From Rickettsia sp. (lineage in GTDB: Bacteria > Pseudomonadota > Alphaproteobacteria > Rickettsiales > UBA1997): a stretch of 59,348 nucleotides of DNA. Positions within the stretch are counted from its first letter, which is position 1; the number at the start of each line of letters is the position of its first letter. A model generated the notes under the pieces. That model did no database searches and was not told the origin of the DNA. It worked only from the letters and a program-made list of their open reading frames with translations. A program made the translations under genes and the position numbers. The stretch spans positions 1 through 59,348 of the forward strand of contig JAYPPA010000011.1 of assembly GCA_038131245.1 (NCBI GenBank), written 5' to 3'. Below, in pieces: positions 49,582 to 59,348 of this stretch.

Positions 49582-50883
49582 ATGAATAGCACTCATACAG
49601 TAACTGGAAATAAGGAAATCCTATTAGTTGCTGAAAATATAGCTCATGAAAAAGGCCTAAACCCACAAGACATCATTGATGCAATGGCTATGGGGATAAA
49701 AGCCGCTGCCAAAAAGAAATATGGCCAAAATTTATCAATAGATTGCCAAATTGACAGAAAAAGCGGAGAAATCAAGCTTTACAACTCATTAAAAGTTGTT
49801 GATGAGAAAAAATTAGAAGAAAATGAAGAAGAATTTAATTCAAAAATTCACATTTCTTTAGATGATGCTAGAAAGCAAGATGCTGATATTAATCTTGACG
49901 ACGAAATCTTACAAGAACTTCCGCCGATTGACCTAAATAGAGTTGTAGCTCAAATTGCTAGAAACGAAATAACTCAAAAAGTCAAAGAAGCTGAAAAAAA
50001 TAAAGAATACGAAGAATTCAAAGACCGTGTTGGCGACATTATTAGCGCCTCAGTTAAAAAAATCGGTCTTAAAAACATCGTTATGGATGCTGAAGGTTAC
50101 GAAGCCGTCCTGCACGAATCTAACATGATTCCAAAAGAATCTTTCCGCGTTGGGACTAGGACTAGAGTTTATATTGATGATGTTAAAAAAGAGCCTCATG
50201 GTGCTCAAATCTTCTTATCTAGAACCAATCCACAATTTCTGGTAAAACTATTTGAACAAGAGGTACCTGAGCTTTACGAAGGCACAATCGAAGTCAAAGC
50301 AGTCGCTAGAGACCCTGGATCAAGAGCAAAAATTGCCATCTACTCAAAAAGAGAAGATATCGATATCATCGGCTCATTCATCGGCATCAGAGGAAGCAGA
50401 GTCCAAGCAGTTAGCTCAGAATTAAAGGGCGAAAAAATTGACATCTTAAAATGGTCACCTAATATCGCAGAATTCGTAATCTCTGCCCTAACCCCAGCAA
50501 AAGTCAATAAAGTAATTGTTGATGAAGAAAACAACCTAATCGAAGTTGTAGTTGCTGAAGATCAACAAAGCCTTGCAATTGGCCGTGGCGGACAAAATGT
50601 TAAACTTGCTTCGAAATTAGTTAATTTCAAAATCGACATTATCACTGAAGAAGAAGAATCTAACAGAAGAACTGCTGAATTCAACCAAGCATCTAAATTA
50701 TTCATCGAAACTCTAGATGTTGAAGATATGATCGCAAACCTTCTTGCCGCAGAAGGCTTCTTAACTATCGAAGATCTAATTGAAGCAGAACCTTCTGAAA
50801 TAGCTTCAATCGAAGGTTTCGACGAAGATGTGGCTGCTGAAATTAAAAACAGAGCTCAAGAATATAAAGAAAAAACTGCATAA
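49582..50883 (+). CDS. nusA: Transcription factor NusA
   Basis: FEQEVPE, ARDPGSRAK, GEKIDI and SLAIGRGGQN. Confidence 0.97.
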   Translation: MNSTHTVTGNKEILLVAENIAHEKGLNPQDIIDAMAMGIKAAAKKKYGQNLSIDCQIDRKSGEIKLYNSLKVVDEKKLEENEEEFNSKIHISLDDARKQDADINLDDEILQELPPIDLNRVVAQIARNEITQKVKEAEKNKEYEEFKDRVGDIISASVKKIGLKNIVMDAEGYEAVLHESNMIPKESFRVGTRTRVYIDDVKKEPHGAQIFLSRTNPQFLVKLFEQEVPELYEGTIEVKAVARDPGSRAKIAIYSKREDIDIIGSFIGIRGSRVQAVSSELKGEKIDILKWSPNIAEFVISALTPAKVNKVIVDEENNLIEVVVAEDQQSLAIGRGGQNVKLASKLVNFKIDIITEEEESNRRTAEFNQASKLFIETLDVEDMIANLLAAEGFLTIEDLIEAEPSEIASIEGFDEDVAAEIKNRAQEYKEKTA

Positions 50884-50959
50884 TCCAAAAAGGATATAGT
50901 TTTTAATTTATAAGTTAATAAAGTCGTATTATTGCGACTTTCAAAAACAAAAGGAACGA

Positions 50960-53443
50960 ATGGTAGAAACAAAAGACGAAAACAAAACAACGCAAAGAAA
51001 GAAGCTAACCCTAAAGTTAAAACCTGCGGGCGAGTCTTCTGGTGTTACTGGCATTAAATCTACAGCCACCAAAAAAGGCTCTGTTGAAGTTACCATAAAA
51101 GGCAGAAAATCATCAAGCAAAGCCCCTACTTTAGAAGAAAACAAAATTAACGAACTAGAAATCAAGAAGAAGCTAGATCTTCTCAACAACTCAAGTCAAG
51201 ATAGCGACTTTAACATCGAACAAAAAATAGCTGAGAAACTAAAAGAAGAAAATCAAAAAAATATAGAAAAAAATCAAGCAAAAAAAGTTGAGCAAGAAGA
51301 ATTAAACAAAAAAGCTATCCAGGAAAAGATCAAAAGCATTTCTAACTCTTCAGTTGATGATCACGATGTGATGAAAAAAATCAAAAATAGCCTTGAAATA
51401 TCATCTAAAGAAGATCAGGAAAGGCAAAAAGCTCTTGAAGAAAGACGAAGAAAACAAGAAGAAGAAAGAAAGCAAGAGCTAATTAGACAAGAGTTAATTA
51501 AAGCTCAAGAAGAAGAAAGAAAATCACAAAAAAAATCCTCTTTTGCATCAAGAAAAAGTAACAAAAGAAAACTTACCTATATTATAGATGAGGATGAAAG
51601 CTCTTTTGACAATAAATATCGTGGCAAAAGAAAAAAAGACAAAGCCTTATCAAAAGAACCTCAAGAAGTAAAAGAATACAAAAAAGTCTCTCATGAAGTT
51701 TTACTTCCTGAATTAATCACCGTTTCTGATCTTTCAGACAGAATGTCAGAAAAAGCCGGAGATGTAGTCAAGAAGCTCTTCTCAATGGGCGTTGTGGCTA
51801 CTTCAAATCAAGTAATTGATTCTGATACCGCAGAATTAATCATCGAAGAATTTGGTCACACAACCAAAAGAATCTCAAGCTCCGATGTGGAAAATATCTT
51901 AAAAGAAGAGGATGATCCAAATATCGAGCAAAAACCAAGAGCACCAGTTGTTACAATCATGGGTCACGTTGATCATGGAAAAACCTCGCTTCTTGATGCT
52001 ATTCGCTCCACCAAAGTAGTCGACAAAGAGCATGGCGGAATAACGCAGCATATCGGTGCTTCTAGAATTAAAACAAAATCCGGTAAATTCATCACCTTCT
52101 TAGACACCCCAGGTCACGAAGCCTTCACCGAAATGAGATCAAGAGGCGCAAATGCGACAGATATCGTAATTTTAGTTGTTGCTGCTGATGATGGTGTAAA
52201 AGAGCAAACAATTGAAGCAATTAGCCACGCCAAGGCTGCTAAAGTTCCAATTATTGTTGCTATTAACAAAATCGACAAACCAGAAGCCGACCCATCAAAA
52301 GTCACAAATGAACTTTTAGGTCACGAAATAATTAGTGAAGAAATGGGTGGTGAAAATATTTTCGTTGAAGTTTCAGCAAAAGCAAGAAAAAATCTCGATA
52401 AACTAGAAGAAGCAATTCTTTTGCAAGCTGAAATGCTTGAATTAAAGGCTCCATATGAAGGACCATCAAGTGGAATAATTATTGAATCAAGAATAGATCC
52501 AAATAGAGGTGTTATAGCCTCGGCTCTTGTTCAAAAAGGCACCTTAGACATTTCTGACCTTATCGTTGTTGGCACATCTTACGGTAAAGTTAAGAAAATG
52601 ACTGATGATAATGGCAAAAACATCAAAATCGCCACCCCATCAATCCCAGTAGAAATTCTCGGACTAGATCAGGCGCCTTCTTCGGGAGAAAAATTCTTCG
52701 AAGTTGCTGCTGAAAAAGATGCTCGTGATATTATTTTGTACAGAGAAAGAAAGCTCAGAGACGAAAAATCAATGCAAAACTCTGCTAGATCTTTATCTGA
52801 TATTTTCAAAGATGCTTCTACAAGTAGCATTAAGAAACTAAATATTATTATTAAAGCCGATGTTCATGGCTCAATTGAAGCTATCAACGGCTCAATAGCA
52901 AAACTAAACAGCGACGAAGCAACCATCAAAGTCATCCACCAAGCAACTGGCGGAATCAATGAAAGCGACATAACCCTCGCCTCAGTCTCAAACGCAATCG
53001 TAATTGGATTCAACGTTAGAGCGAACAATGCTGCTAAAACTGCGGCTGAAAAGAAAAATGTTGATATTCGCTACTATTCAATCATATATAACATTGTTGA
53101 CGACATCAAGCTAATCCTATCAGGCCTACTTGATCCAATCAAAACTGAAGAATATCTTGGTAAAGCAGAAATTCGCCAAGTTTTCAAAGTCTCTGGAGCA
53201 GGAAAAGTCGCCGGATCATTTGTTACTGATGGATTGATTAAGAGAAATGCAAGGGTGAGGCTTCTTAGGGATGATATTGTAATCCACGAAGGTGTCTTAA
53301 AAACCCTCAAAAGATTCAAAGAAGATGCCAAAGAAGTCAAAAATGGCTTTGAATGTGGATTTTCAATCGAAAATTACGACGACATCAAAGAAGGCGACTC
53401 AATTGAATGTTTCGAAGTAAAAGAAACTAAAAGAGAGCTATAG
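50960..53443 (+). CDS. infB: Translation initiation factor IF-2
   Basis: [25 protein letters not shown] and NKID. Confidence 0.98.
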   Translation: MVETKDENKTTQRKKLTLKLKPAGESSGVTGIKSTATKKGSVEVTIKGRKSSSKAPTLEENKINELEIKKKLDLLNNSSQDSDFNIEQKIAEKLKEENQKNIEKNQAKKVEQEELNKKAIQEKIKSISNSSVDDHDVMKKIKNSLEISSKEDQERQKALEERRRKQEEERKQELIRQELIKAQEEERKSQKKSSFASRKSNKRKLTYIIDEDESSFDNKYRGKRKKDKALSKEPQEVKEYKKVSHEVLLPELITVSDLSDRMSEKAGDVVKKLFSMGVVATSNQVIDSDTAELIIEEFGHTTKRISSSDVENILKEEDDPNIEQKPRAPVVTIMGHVDHGKTSLLDAIRSTKVVDKEHGGITQHIGASRIKTKSGKFITFLDTPGHEAFTEMRSRGANATDIVILVVAADDGVKEQTIEAISHAKAAKVPIIVAINKIDKPEADPSKVTNELLGHEIISEEMGGENIFVEVSAKARKNLDKLEEAILLQAEMLELKAPYEGPSSGIIIESRIDPNRGVIASALVQKGTLDISDLIVVGTSYGKVKKMTDDNGKNIKIATPSIPVEILGLDQAPSSGEKFFEVAAEKDARDIILYRERKLRDEKSMQNSARSLSDIFKDASTSSIKKLNIIIKADVHGSIEAINGSIAKLNSDEATIKVIHQATGGINESDITLASVSNAIVIGFNVRANNAAKTAAEKKNVDIRYYSIIYNIVDDIKLILSGLLDPIKTEEYLGKAEIRQVFKVSGAGKVAGSFVTDGLIKRNARVRLLRDDIVIHEGVLKTLKRFKEDAKEVKNGFECGFSIENYDDIKEGDSIECFEVKETKREL

Positions 53444-53499
53444 ACTTTTAGAATTTTTGCATTAAAATTACTATATATGCAACTTAAAATTCCAAAATC

Positions 53500-54033
53500 A
53501 TGACTCAATCATATCACAAAAATTCAAAAATCATTCATTGGTTAATGGCTCTATTAATCATTGGATTGCTAATTTGCGGTATTTTTATGGCAAATTTTAT
53601 CGCTAGCGACGCCAGCTACCGAAGCGATTTTTACCACTTGCACAAATCATTTGGCGTTGTAGCTTTATTTTTAATAATCATAAGAGTCGTCAATAGGATC
53701 AAAAACAAGCCACCTGCCTTACCAACATCAATCAAAAAAATCGATCAAATAATGGCACATATCGGTCACTACAGCCTCTATGCTTTAATGGTAATTATGC
53801 CACTTTCTGGCTATTTAATGTCAAACTCTTACGGATATAAAGTAAAACTTTTTGCAATCACAATGCCAGATTTGGTTGCAAAAAATTACGAATTAGGCGC
53901 TATTTTTGCTGGAACTCACAAATATCTTGGCTATTTAATGGCTGCAATTGTCGTTGCACATATCGCTGGAGCTTTAAAACATCGCTACTTTGACAAGAAT
54001 CCTGAAAATGATGTAATTAAAAGAATAATATAA
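53500..54033 (+). CDS. Cytochrome b561 (CybB/YceJ-like)
   Basis: Four TMs with heme ligands IHW, HKSFG, THK and HIAGALKH. Confidence 0.9.
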   Translation: MTQSYHKNSKIIHWLMALLIIGLLICGIFMANFIASDASYRSDFYHLHKSFGVVALFLIIIRVVNRIKNKPPALPTSIKKIDQIMAHIGHYSLYALMVIMPLSGYLMSNSYGYKVKLFAITMPDLVAKNYELGAIFAGTHKYLGYLMAAIVVAHIAGALKHRYFDKNPENDVIKRII

Positions 54034-54791
54034 TGTTAAAAACTAGAATTATCCCATGTCTTGACGTTAAAGATGGACGCGTAGTCAAAGGAGTGAATTT
54101 CGAAGACCTAGTTGACGCAGGGGACCCTATTTCTCAGGCAAAATTTTACTACGAACAAGACGCGGACGAGCTTTGCCTTCTTGATATTACTGCCACTAAC
54201 GAAAGACGCGACACGATTTTTGACATGGTAGATAAAGTTGCAAAAGTCTGCTATGTGCCACTAACAGTTGGCGGAGGAATAAAAACCATGGAAGATATTT
54301 CCAAGCTTATGCTTTGCGGAGCCGATAAAGTCTCAATCAACTCCGCAGCCCTTAAAACCCCAGAATTAATTACCAAAGCCTCAGATAAATTTGGCGCGCA
54401 AGCCGTTATTGTTGCAATTGATGCCAAAAAAAATCCTATTAATGGACAGTATGAAATCTACACCCATAGCGGAACTCGTGAAACTGGCATAAAAGCTTTA
54501 GATTGGGCAAAAAAAGCTCAAGAGCTAGGCTCTGGCGAGCTTTTACTTACTTCTATGGATAAGGACGGTACAAAATCAGGTTATGATTTAGAATTACTTA
54601 AATTGATAAGCTCAAATGTCACGATACCAGTAATCGCCAGTGGTGGCGCAGGGAATTTAGAGCATATTAAAGAAGGAATTTTAGCCGGAGCCGACGCGGT
54701 ACTCGCAGCCTCAATCTTTCATTTTAGACAACACACAATTAAAGAAGCAAAAGATTACTTGGCGCAAAATGGGATTGCTGTTCGAAAATAA
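54033..54791 (+). CDS. hisF: Imidazole glycerol phosphate synthase cyclase subunit
   Basis: RIIPCLDV, VGGGI, DKVSINS, DGTKSGYD and ASGGAG. Confidence 0.98.
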   Translation: MLKTRIIPCLDVKDGRVVKGVNFEDLVDAGDPISQAKFYYEQDADELCLLDITATNERRDTIFDMVDKVAKVCYVPLTVGGGIKTMEDISKLMLCGADKVSINSAALKTPELITKASDKFGAQAVIVAIDAKKNPINGQYEIYTHSGTRETGIKALDWAKKAQELGSGELLLTSMDKDGTKSGYDLELLKLISSNVTIPVIASGGAGNLEHIKEGILAGADAVLAASIFHFRQHTIKEAKDYLAQNGIAVRK

Positions 54792-54800
54792 CCACAATTT

Positions 54801-55298
54801 CTATTCCAGCATCATTTTATAGCCAAGCTCCACAAGATCACCATCTTTAAAATCGCTTTTATCAAACTCTTTTTTAAGTAAAAACCTCATCGACAGCAAC
54901 TTTTTTTTTCCAGGCTGGATCTCATAACTTTGAAAACACAAACATTCATAAAAATGCAAATATTCCTTCAAATTATTATCACTAAAGAACCTCATTGGCC
55001 TTACTTGAACAGCCTCTAATGAATTATTTATAATCTCATAATCAACGGTAAATTTAGAGCCAGACCTCAATAAAACAGAATCACCGCCACTAACTTTAAA
55101 ATCAACATTTTCATAGTTGTTTTCAGCCAGAAACTTAAAATTAATGGATTTTTCACCTTTTAGGTTCGGAACTAGGTAAGAAAACGATATCGGACTGCAC
55201 CAATTAACCATCCTGCAAAGCTGATTATAGGGCTTCAAGAGCAAAAAAGCTGTCGCAATTAAGAAAATTATTAAAATTATTACATGTTTTTTTGACAT
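54801..55298 (-). CDS. CtaG/Cox11-like copper chaperone (divergent)
   Basis: N-terminal TM, PYNQLC, and ECLCF in place of the canonical CFCF. Confidence 0.7.
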   Translation of the reverse strand: MSKKHVIILIIFLIATAFLLLKPYNQLCRMVNWCSPISFSYLVPNLKGEKSINFKFLAENNYENVDFKVSGGDSVLLRSGSKFTVDYEIINNSLEAVQVRPMRFFSDNNLKEYLHFYECLCFQSYEIQPGKKKLLSMRFLLKKEFDKSDFKDGDLVELGYKMMLE

Positions 55299-55320
55299 TT
55301 TATTTAATTTGTTGTAAAAT
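55292..55320 (+). promoter_or_regulatory. Sigma70 promoter for pdxH-cyaY-leuB
   Basis: TTGACA-17 bp-TAAAAT; the -35 overlaps the start codon of the divergent gene. Confidence 0.55.
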
Positions 55321-55351
55321 ATTAATAATAAGTAATAAATTAAAGTTTACA

Positions 55352-55951
55352 ATGCAAATAGCAAATTTTCAAGAGCCATTTGAACTTTTTGATAAATGGC
55401 TTAAAAGGGCAAAAAGAAAAAAAGAAATTACCGAGCCGACGGCAATGTGCATTTCTACCGTTGACAAATCCGGCCGCCCGAGCTCAAGAATGATACTATT
55501 AAAGCACTTTGATGAAAATGGTTTTTGTTTTTACACAAATCTAACTTCCAGAAAAGCTAAAGAGATCGAAGGTAATAACAATGTAGCATTATGTTTCTAT
55601 TGGGGACCATTGGGCTTGCAAGTTAGAATTGAAGGAAAGGTTAAAAAAGTAACTCAAAGTGAGGCTGATGATTACTTCGCCTCAAGAAGAAGAGGAAGTC
55701 AAATCGGCGCTTGGGCCTCAAAGCAATCCTACGAAATGAAAGACAAATCTGATTTAACTACAAGAATCAAAGAAATTACTGAAAGCTTCGAAGATCAAGA
55801 TGTACCAAGACCGCCATTTTGGTCAGGATATCGACTAGCTCCTTCAAGAATAGAATTTTGGAAAGAAGGCGAATATCGCATCCATGACCGAATTTTATAC
55901 AAACTAGCCAGAGATAGAAAATCATGGAAAATACAAAAATTATACCCTTAG
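55352..55951 (+). CDS. pdxH: Pyridoxamine 5'-phosphate oxidase
   Basis: Start moved to ATG 55352; RMILLK, FYTN, QVRIEG, GAWAS, WSGY, EFW and RIHDR. Confidence 0.96.
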   Translation: MQIANFQEPFELFDKWLKRAKRKKEITEPTAMCISTVDKSGRPSSRMILLKHFDENGFCFYTNLTSRKAKEIEGNNNVALCFYWGPLGLQVRIEGKVKKVTQSEADDYFASRRRGSQIGAWASKQSYEMKDKSDLTTRIKEITESFEDQDVPRPPFWSGYRLAPSRIEFWKEGEYRIHDRILYKLARDRKSWKIQKLYP

Positions 55952-55954
55952 ATT

Positions 55955-56275
55955 ATGAGTAATGATTTTTACAATATATCCGAAGAATTCTTGACCGATC
56001 TTTGTGACGAGATCGATAGAAATGACGAAAATTCAGTATTTGAAGCTGATTTTTCCGACGGAATTTTAAATATTACAATTTTTAAAACCGATCAGCAATA
56101 TGTAATTAATCGCCATAATGCTAATCAAAAAATTTGGTACTCTTCACCAATTTCTGGAGCTGATTATTTTGCCTATGATGAAAGCAAAAAACAATGGCTC
56201 TCAGACAAAGGCATAGAGTTAAAAAATAAATTAATTAATGAACTTGAAAGCTTTGATGGCTTTAAAATAAAATAA
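55955..56275 (+). CDS. cyaY: Frataxin-like iron donor CyaY
   Basis: GILNI, YVINR and IWYSSPISG. Confidence 0.92.
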   Translation: MSNDFYNISEEFLTDLCDEIDRNDENSVFEADFSDGILNITIFKTDQQYVINRHNANQKIWYSSPISGADYFAYDESKKQWLSDKGIELKNKLINELESFDGFKIK

Positions 56276-56281
56276 ATAAAA

Positions 56282-57388
56282 ATGACAACGAAAAAAATAT
56301 TACTAATTAAAGGTGACGGAATTGGCCCAGAAGTAGTTAATGGCGCGCAAAAAATTCTTGAGTTTTTCAACGATAATTCAGATAAAAAATTCGAATATGA
56401 AGAAGCCCTGCTCGGTGGGATTGCTTATGATAAAACCGGAACACCTTTTCCTAAAGAAACTCTTGATTTAGCCAAGAAATCTGACGCAATCCTTCTTGGC
56501 GCAGTCGGAGGACCAAAGTGGGAACCCCTAGCCTATGAACATCGCCCCGAAAGAGGTCTACTTGGCATTAGAAAAGAACTAGATCTATTTGCTAATCTTC
56601 GTCCAGCTAAAGTTTACAACTGTTTAGCCGACTCTTCTTCGCTTAAAAAAGAAGTCATCGAAGATCTCGATCTAATGATTGTGCGCGAATTGACTGCTGA
56701 TTTATATTTTGGACAGCCTAGGGGCGTAGAAACCCTAGCCGATGGCTCTAGGCGCGGATTCAACACTATGACCTATACCTCCTCAGAAGTAGAAAGAATC
56801 GCCCATGTTGCCTTTGATTTAGCCAAAAAGAGAGGTAAAAAGCTTTGCTCGATTGATAAAGCCAATGTTATTGAGACAACTGAAATGTGGCGCGAAATTG
56901 TCACTGAAATTGGTGAAAAAGATTATCCAGATATTGCACTTTCTCACATGTATGTTGATAACGCTTCAATGCAATTAGTTCGCAATCCAAAACAGTTTGA
57001 TGTCATGCTAACCGGAAATATGTTTGGTGATATTTTGTCAGATACCGCATCAATGTTGACTGGATCACTTGGGATGCTTCCTTCTGCATCACTTGGTGCA
57101 AAAATTAATGGCAAGCAACATGCACTTTATGAACCAATTCATGGCTCTGCACCTGATATTGCTGGAAAAAATATTGCCAACCCAATTGCCACAATCTCAA
57201 GTCTTGCCATGATGTTTAAATATTCATTTGACTATGCCAAAGAGGCTGAAATTATTGATAAAGCAATTGAAAATACTCTAGAAAGTGGCTATAGAACTGC
57301 TGATATTGCTAAAAAAGGCGAAAAAACAATTTCATGCAGCCAAATGAGCGATAAAATAATTGAAGAAATTAAAAAACTAACAAAATAA
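56282..57388 (+). CDS. leuB: 3-isopropylmalate dehydrogenase
   Basis: [29 protein letters not shown] and HGSAPDIAG. Confidence 0.98.
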   Translation: MTTKKILLIKGDGIGPEVVNGAQKILEFFNDNSDKKFEYEEALLGGIAYDKTGTPFPKETLDLAKKSDAILLGAVGGPKWEPLAYEHRPERGLLGIRKELDLFANLRPAKVYNCLADSSSLKKEVIEDLDLMIVRELTADLYFGQPRGVETLADGSRRGFNTMTYTSSEVERIAHVAFDLAKKRGKKLCSIDKANVIETTEMWREIVTEIGEKDYPDIALSHMYVDNASMQLVRNPKQFDVMLTGNMFGDILSDTASMLTGSLGMLPSASLGAKINGKQHALYEPIHGSAPDIAGKNIANPIATISSLAMMFKYSFDYAKEAEIIDKAIENTLESGYRTADIAKKGEKTISCSQMSDKIIEEIKKLTK

Positions 57389-58126
57389 ATGTTCGGACAT
57401 TGCCAAAATAAGCATAGCTGTTTTGATTTTGGATCTTTTGTTGCTTTTAGTCTTTTTATCACCTTGCTCTTTTTCTTTTCACCATCAAAAGCACAAGAAA
57501 TACAAGATTATAATTCTTGCGAAAAAATCAATGGCAATTATCGTAACTTTGGCAATAGCTGCACCGACCAGTGCCTGCCGCAATTTAACAAATATTTACC
57601 TTGCGTTAATCAAACAAAATATGGTTGTGATTGCGGAGAAAATAACTGTTTTTACCAAAATAACTGCGTTTCAAAAGTAGAATTTGCAAAAACCTACGAA
57701 GAAATACTCAAATCTCAGCAAGAAAAATATTCAAGCAGAATTGATAAAATGGTAGAATTAATGAAAAGCGACCCTGCATATTCAAAATTTGTTCACGATA
57801 TTTTTGCAAGCTACAGAGACTCTAAAACTGATGAAATAAAATCCGAAGCTCAATTAATGTCAGAAAAATTCAGAAACGAAGCCACTCAATATGTACAAGC
57901 TCAACAGCAACAATTCACAGAAGACAACAATAACTCTAAGCCAGAGCCAAAGCCAGAAGAAAAACCAGTAACAGCTCAAGTAATCCCAATTGCCACTCCA
58001 ATTCCGCAATTTTACATAGATGAACAAGAAAAAGAAAATTCCCCACAAGCGGTAAAACTTCCTGCATCTGAATTAGACATGATTTTCCCAGTCATTCCAC
58101 TTCCAACCCCTGCTGCTAATCCTTAA
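57389..58126 (+). CDS. Exported protein with an 8-Cys domain and a Pro-rich tail, unknown function
   Basis: Hydrophobic segment ending SKA-Q; C-x10-C-x3-C...C...CDC-x4-C-x5-C-like spacing. Confidence 0.7.
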   Translation: MFGHCQNKHSCFDFGSFVAFSLFITLLFFFSPSKAQEIQDYNSCEKINGNYRNFGNSCTDQCLPQFNKYLPCVNQTKYGCDCGENNCFYQNNCVSKVEFAKTYEEILKSQQEKYSSRIDKMVELMKSDPAYSKFVHDIFASYRDSKTDEIKSEAQLMSEKFRNEATQYVQAQQQQFTEDNNNSKPEPKPEEKPVTAQVIPIATPIPQFYIDEQEKENSPQAVKLPASELDMIFPVIPLPTPAANP

Positions 58127-58661
58127 ATAAAGGCTTAAAAAAACCAAACCAAGAAATTCCATACTTTCTAGTATCAAAATTATCAAGCAAAACTGTCTCG
58201 AACCTCTCGCCACTTTCAGTAATCACCAAAGAATCTTTGTCCAGCAAATCGTTATCCAGCAAAGACTCAATAATTTTATCAATTTTGAGCGAATAAGGAG
58301 GGTCAATAAAAACCAAATCAAACTTACTTCCTTTTAAATAAGATAAATTATTTGCATCAATATTCTTAACCTCGATTTGCTTCTCAATTGCAAATTTCTT
58401 AACATTTTCCTCAAGAAAATTCGCATGATTTCGATCTTTCTCAACACACACAGCCTTCAAAGCACCTCTAGAAATAGCCTCAATCGCAAAAGAGCCACTC
58501 CCAGCGCACAAATCTAAAACCCTCGCATCTTTCAACTCAAAATTCGAATTAATAATATTGAACAAAGCCTCGCGATTTCGATCAGTCGTTGGACGAAAAT
58601 CAAATTTCGATGAATCAAGCAACCTTCTTCCTTTTAATGTTCCTGAAATTATTCTAAGCAT
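58116..58661 (-). CDS. rsmD: 16S rRNA m2G966 methyltransferase
   Basis: RIISG, RPTTDRNREALFN, DLCAGSG, SRGA and DPPY. Confidence 0.96.
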   Translation of the reverse strand: MLRIISGTLKGRRLLDSSKFDFRPTTDRNREALFNIINSNFELKDARVLDLCAGSGSFAIEAISRGALKAVCVEKDRNHANFLEENVKKFAIEKQIEVKNIDANNLSYLKGSKFDLVFIDPPYSLKIDKIIESLLDNDLLDKDSLVITESGERFETVLLDNFDTRKYGISWFGFFKPLFKD

Positions 58662-58727
58662 TTTTAGCGATTAATTCTCCACTTATTTCATCGACGCAAA
58701 ACAAAAGACTTACTTCAAGAGTAAAAA

Positions 58728-59348
58728 TCACCCTATCCTACTTTTATCTGCATAATAAACTCCAATCAACTTAACCCCACGCGAAAAAAAGCCAAGCTCC
58801 TCAAGTGCCAAAGCCACATTTTGCTGACTAGGGTGACCCTCAATTGTAATAAAAAACTTCGCTTGCTTAGACATTCCACCTGGAATATAACTTTCAAGCT
58901 TCACCATGTTCACATTATTCGTCGCAAAGCCACCAAGTGCTTTATATAAAGAACCAGTAATATTTCTAATCGTAAATAACATCGTCGTTAAAACCATACC
59001 TTTTGTCGGATCTGGATCAATGCCATCTTTAGCCACAACAATAAAAACAGTCGTATTATCATTCTCGGCATCTTGAATATCAGGCTGCAAAACCTCCAAA
59101 CCATTAATTTTCGCAGCCTCTTTTGAACAAACTGCCGCCAAAGTCATATCCTGCTTATTCACCACACACTCAGCAGCTTTCGCGGTATTTGAGTACTCTT
59201 TGAGTTCAGCTTTAAGACCGCGCAAATTATTCTGGCACTGCATTAAAGCCTGTGGATGCGAAATAATTTCTCTAATATTTTCAATTTTAGCACCAGGCAA
59301 AGCCGCTAAATTATGCGAAATCGGTAAAAAATGCTCAGCCACAATCGA
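58728..59348 (-). CDS. pheA: Prephenate dehydratase (5'-truncated by the window)
   Basis: SHPQALMQC, NTA, NTTVF, ACT domain with KLESY; frame open to the window end. Confidence 0.94.
   Translation of the reverse strand, partial: SIVAEHFLPISHNLAALPGAKIENIREIISHPQALMQCQNNLRGLKAELKEYSNTAKAAECVVNKQDMTLAAVCSKEAAKINGLEVLQPDIQDAENDNTTVFIVVAKDGIDPDPTKGMVLTTMLFTIRNITGSLYKALGGFATNNVNMVKLESYIPGGMSKQAKFFITIEGHPSQQNVALALEELGFFSRGVKLIGVYYADKSRIG

Noticed and set aside
1640-58048. Numerous 60-140 aa ORFs antisense to or nested in long genes (for example 13720..14145, 28271..28681, 37812..38192, 48236..48649)
   Set aside because: Shadow frames of well-supported genes, with no motifs or translation signals.
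1-59348. tRNA, rRNA, transposase, integrase, prophage or defence genes
   Set aside because: No cloverleaf with a T-loop in intergenic space and no matching protein motifs; the GTTCG hits I noticed lie inside CDS.

Overview
AT-rich, gene-dense chromosomal window from an alphaproteobacterium, most likely a basal or non-classical Rickettsiales (inferred from a Rickettsiales-type VirD4, a Pol I with a degenerate proofreading domain, an RPE-like palindrome and an ankyrin protein). It nevertheless keeps scattered biosynthetic genes (argC, leuB, hisF, pheA, aroE, purE, thiE, pdxH). About 40 CDS are present, mostly housekeeping genes in shuffled operons. I saw no rRNA, tRNA, transposase, integrase or cas genes. 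The accessory content points to surface or host interaction: (i) the 3' part of a filamentous-haemagglutinin/CdiA-like exoprotein ending in a GHSAGG alpha/beta-hydrolase domain, followed by a lipoprotein (candidate toxin-immunity pair); (ii) a ~2450-aa protein with ~100 Cys, a novel N-terminal Cys repeat and Sushi/CCP-like modules, embedded in an acpS-murD-X-purE unit; (iii) a stand-alone VirD4 with a triple polyproline tail; (iv) two orphan genes with similar PxxKP basic tails (candidate T4SS substrates), one split by two frameshifts; (v) a PilM/N-PilO-like pair. Non-coding signals include a 130-bp palindromic element, a twin 26-bp palindromic repeat between convergent genes, a 41-bp promoter-like cassette duplicated 24 kb apart, helically phased repeats upstream of argS and a structured nusA leader. 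All family assignments come from reading motifs by eye; no searches were run.
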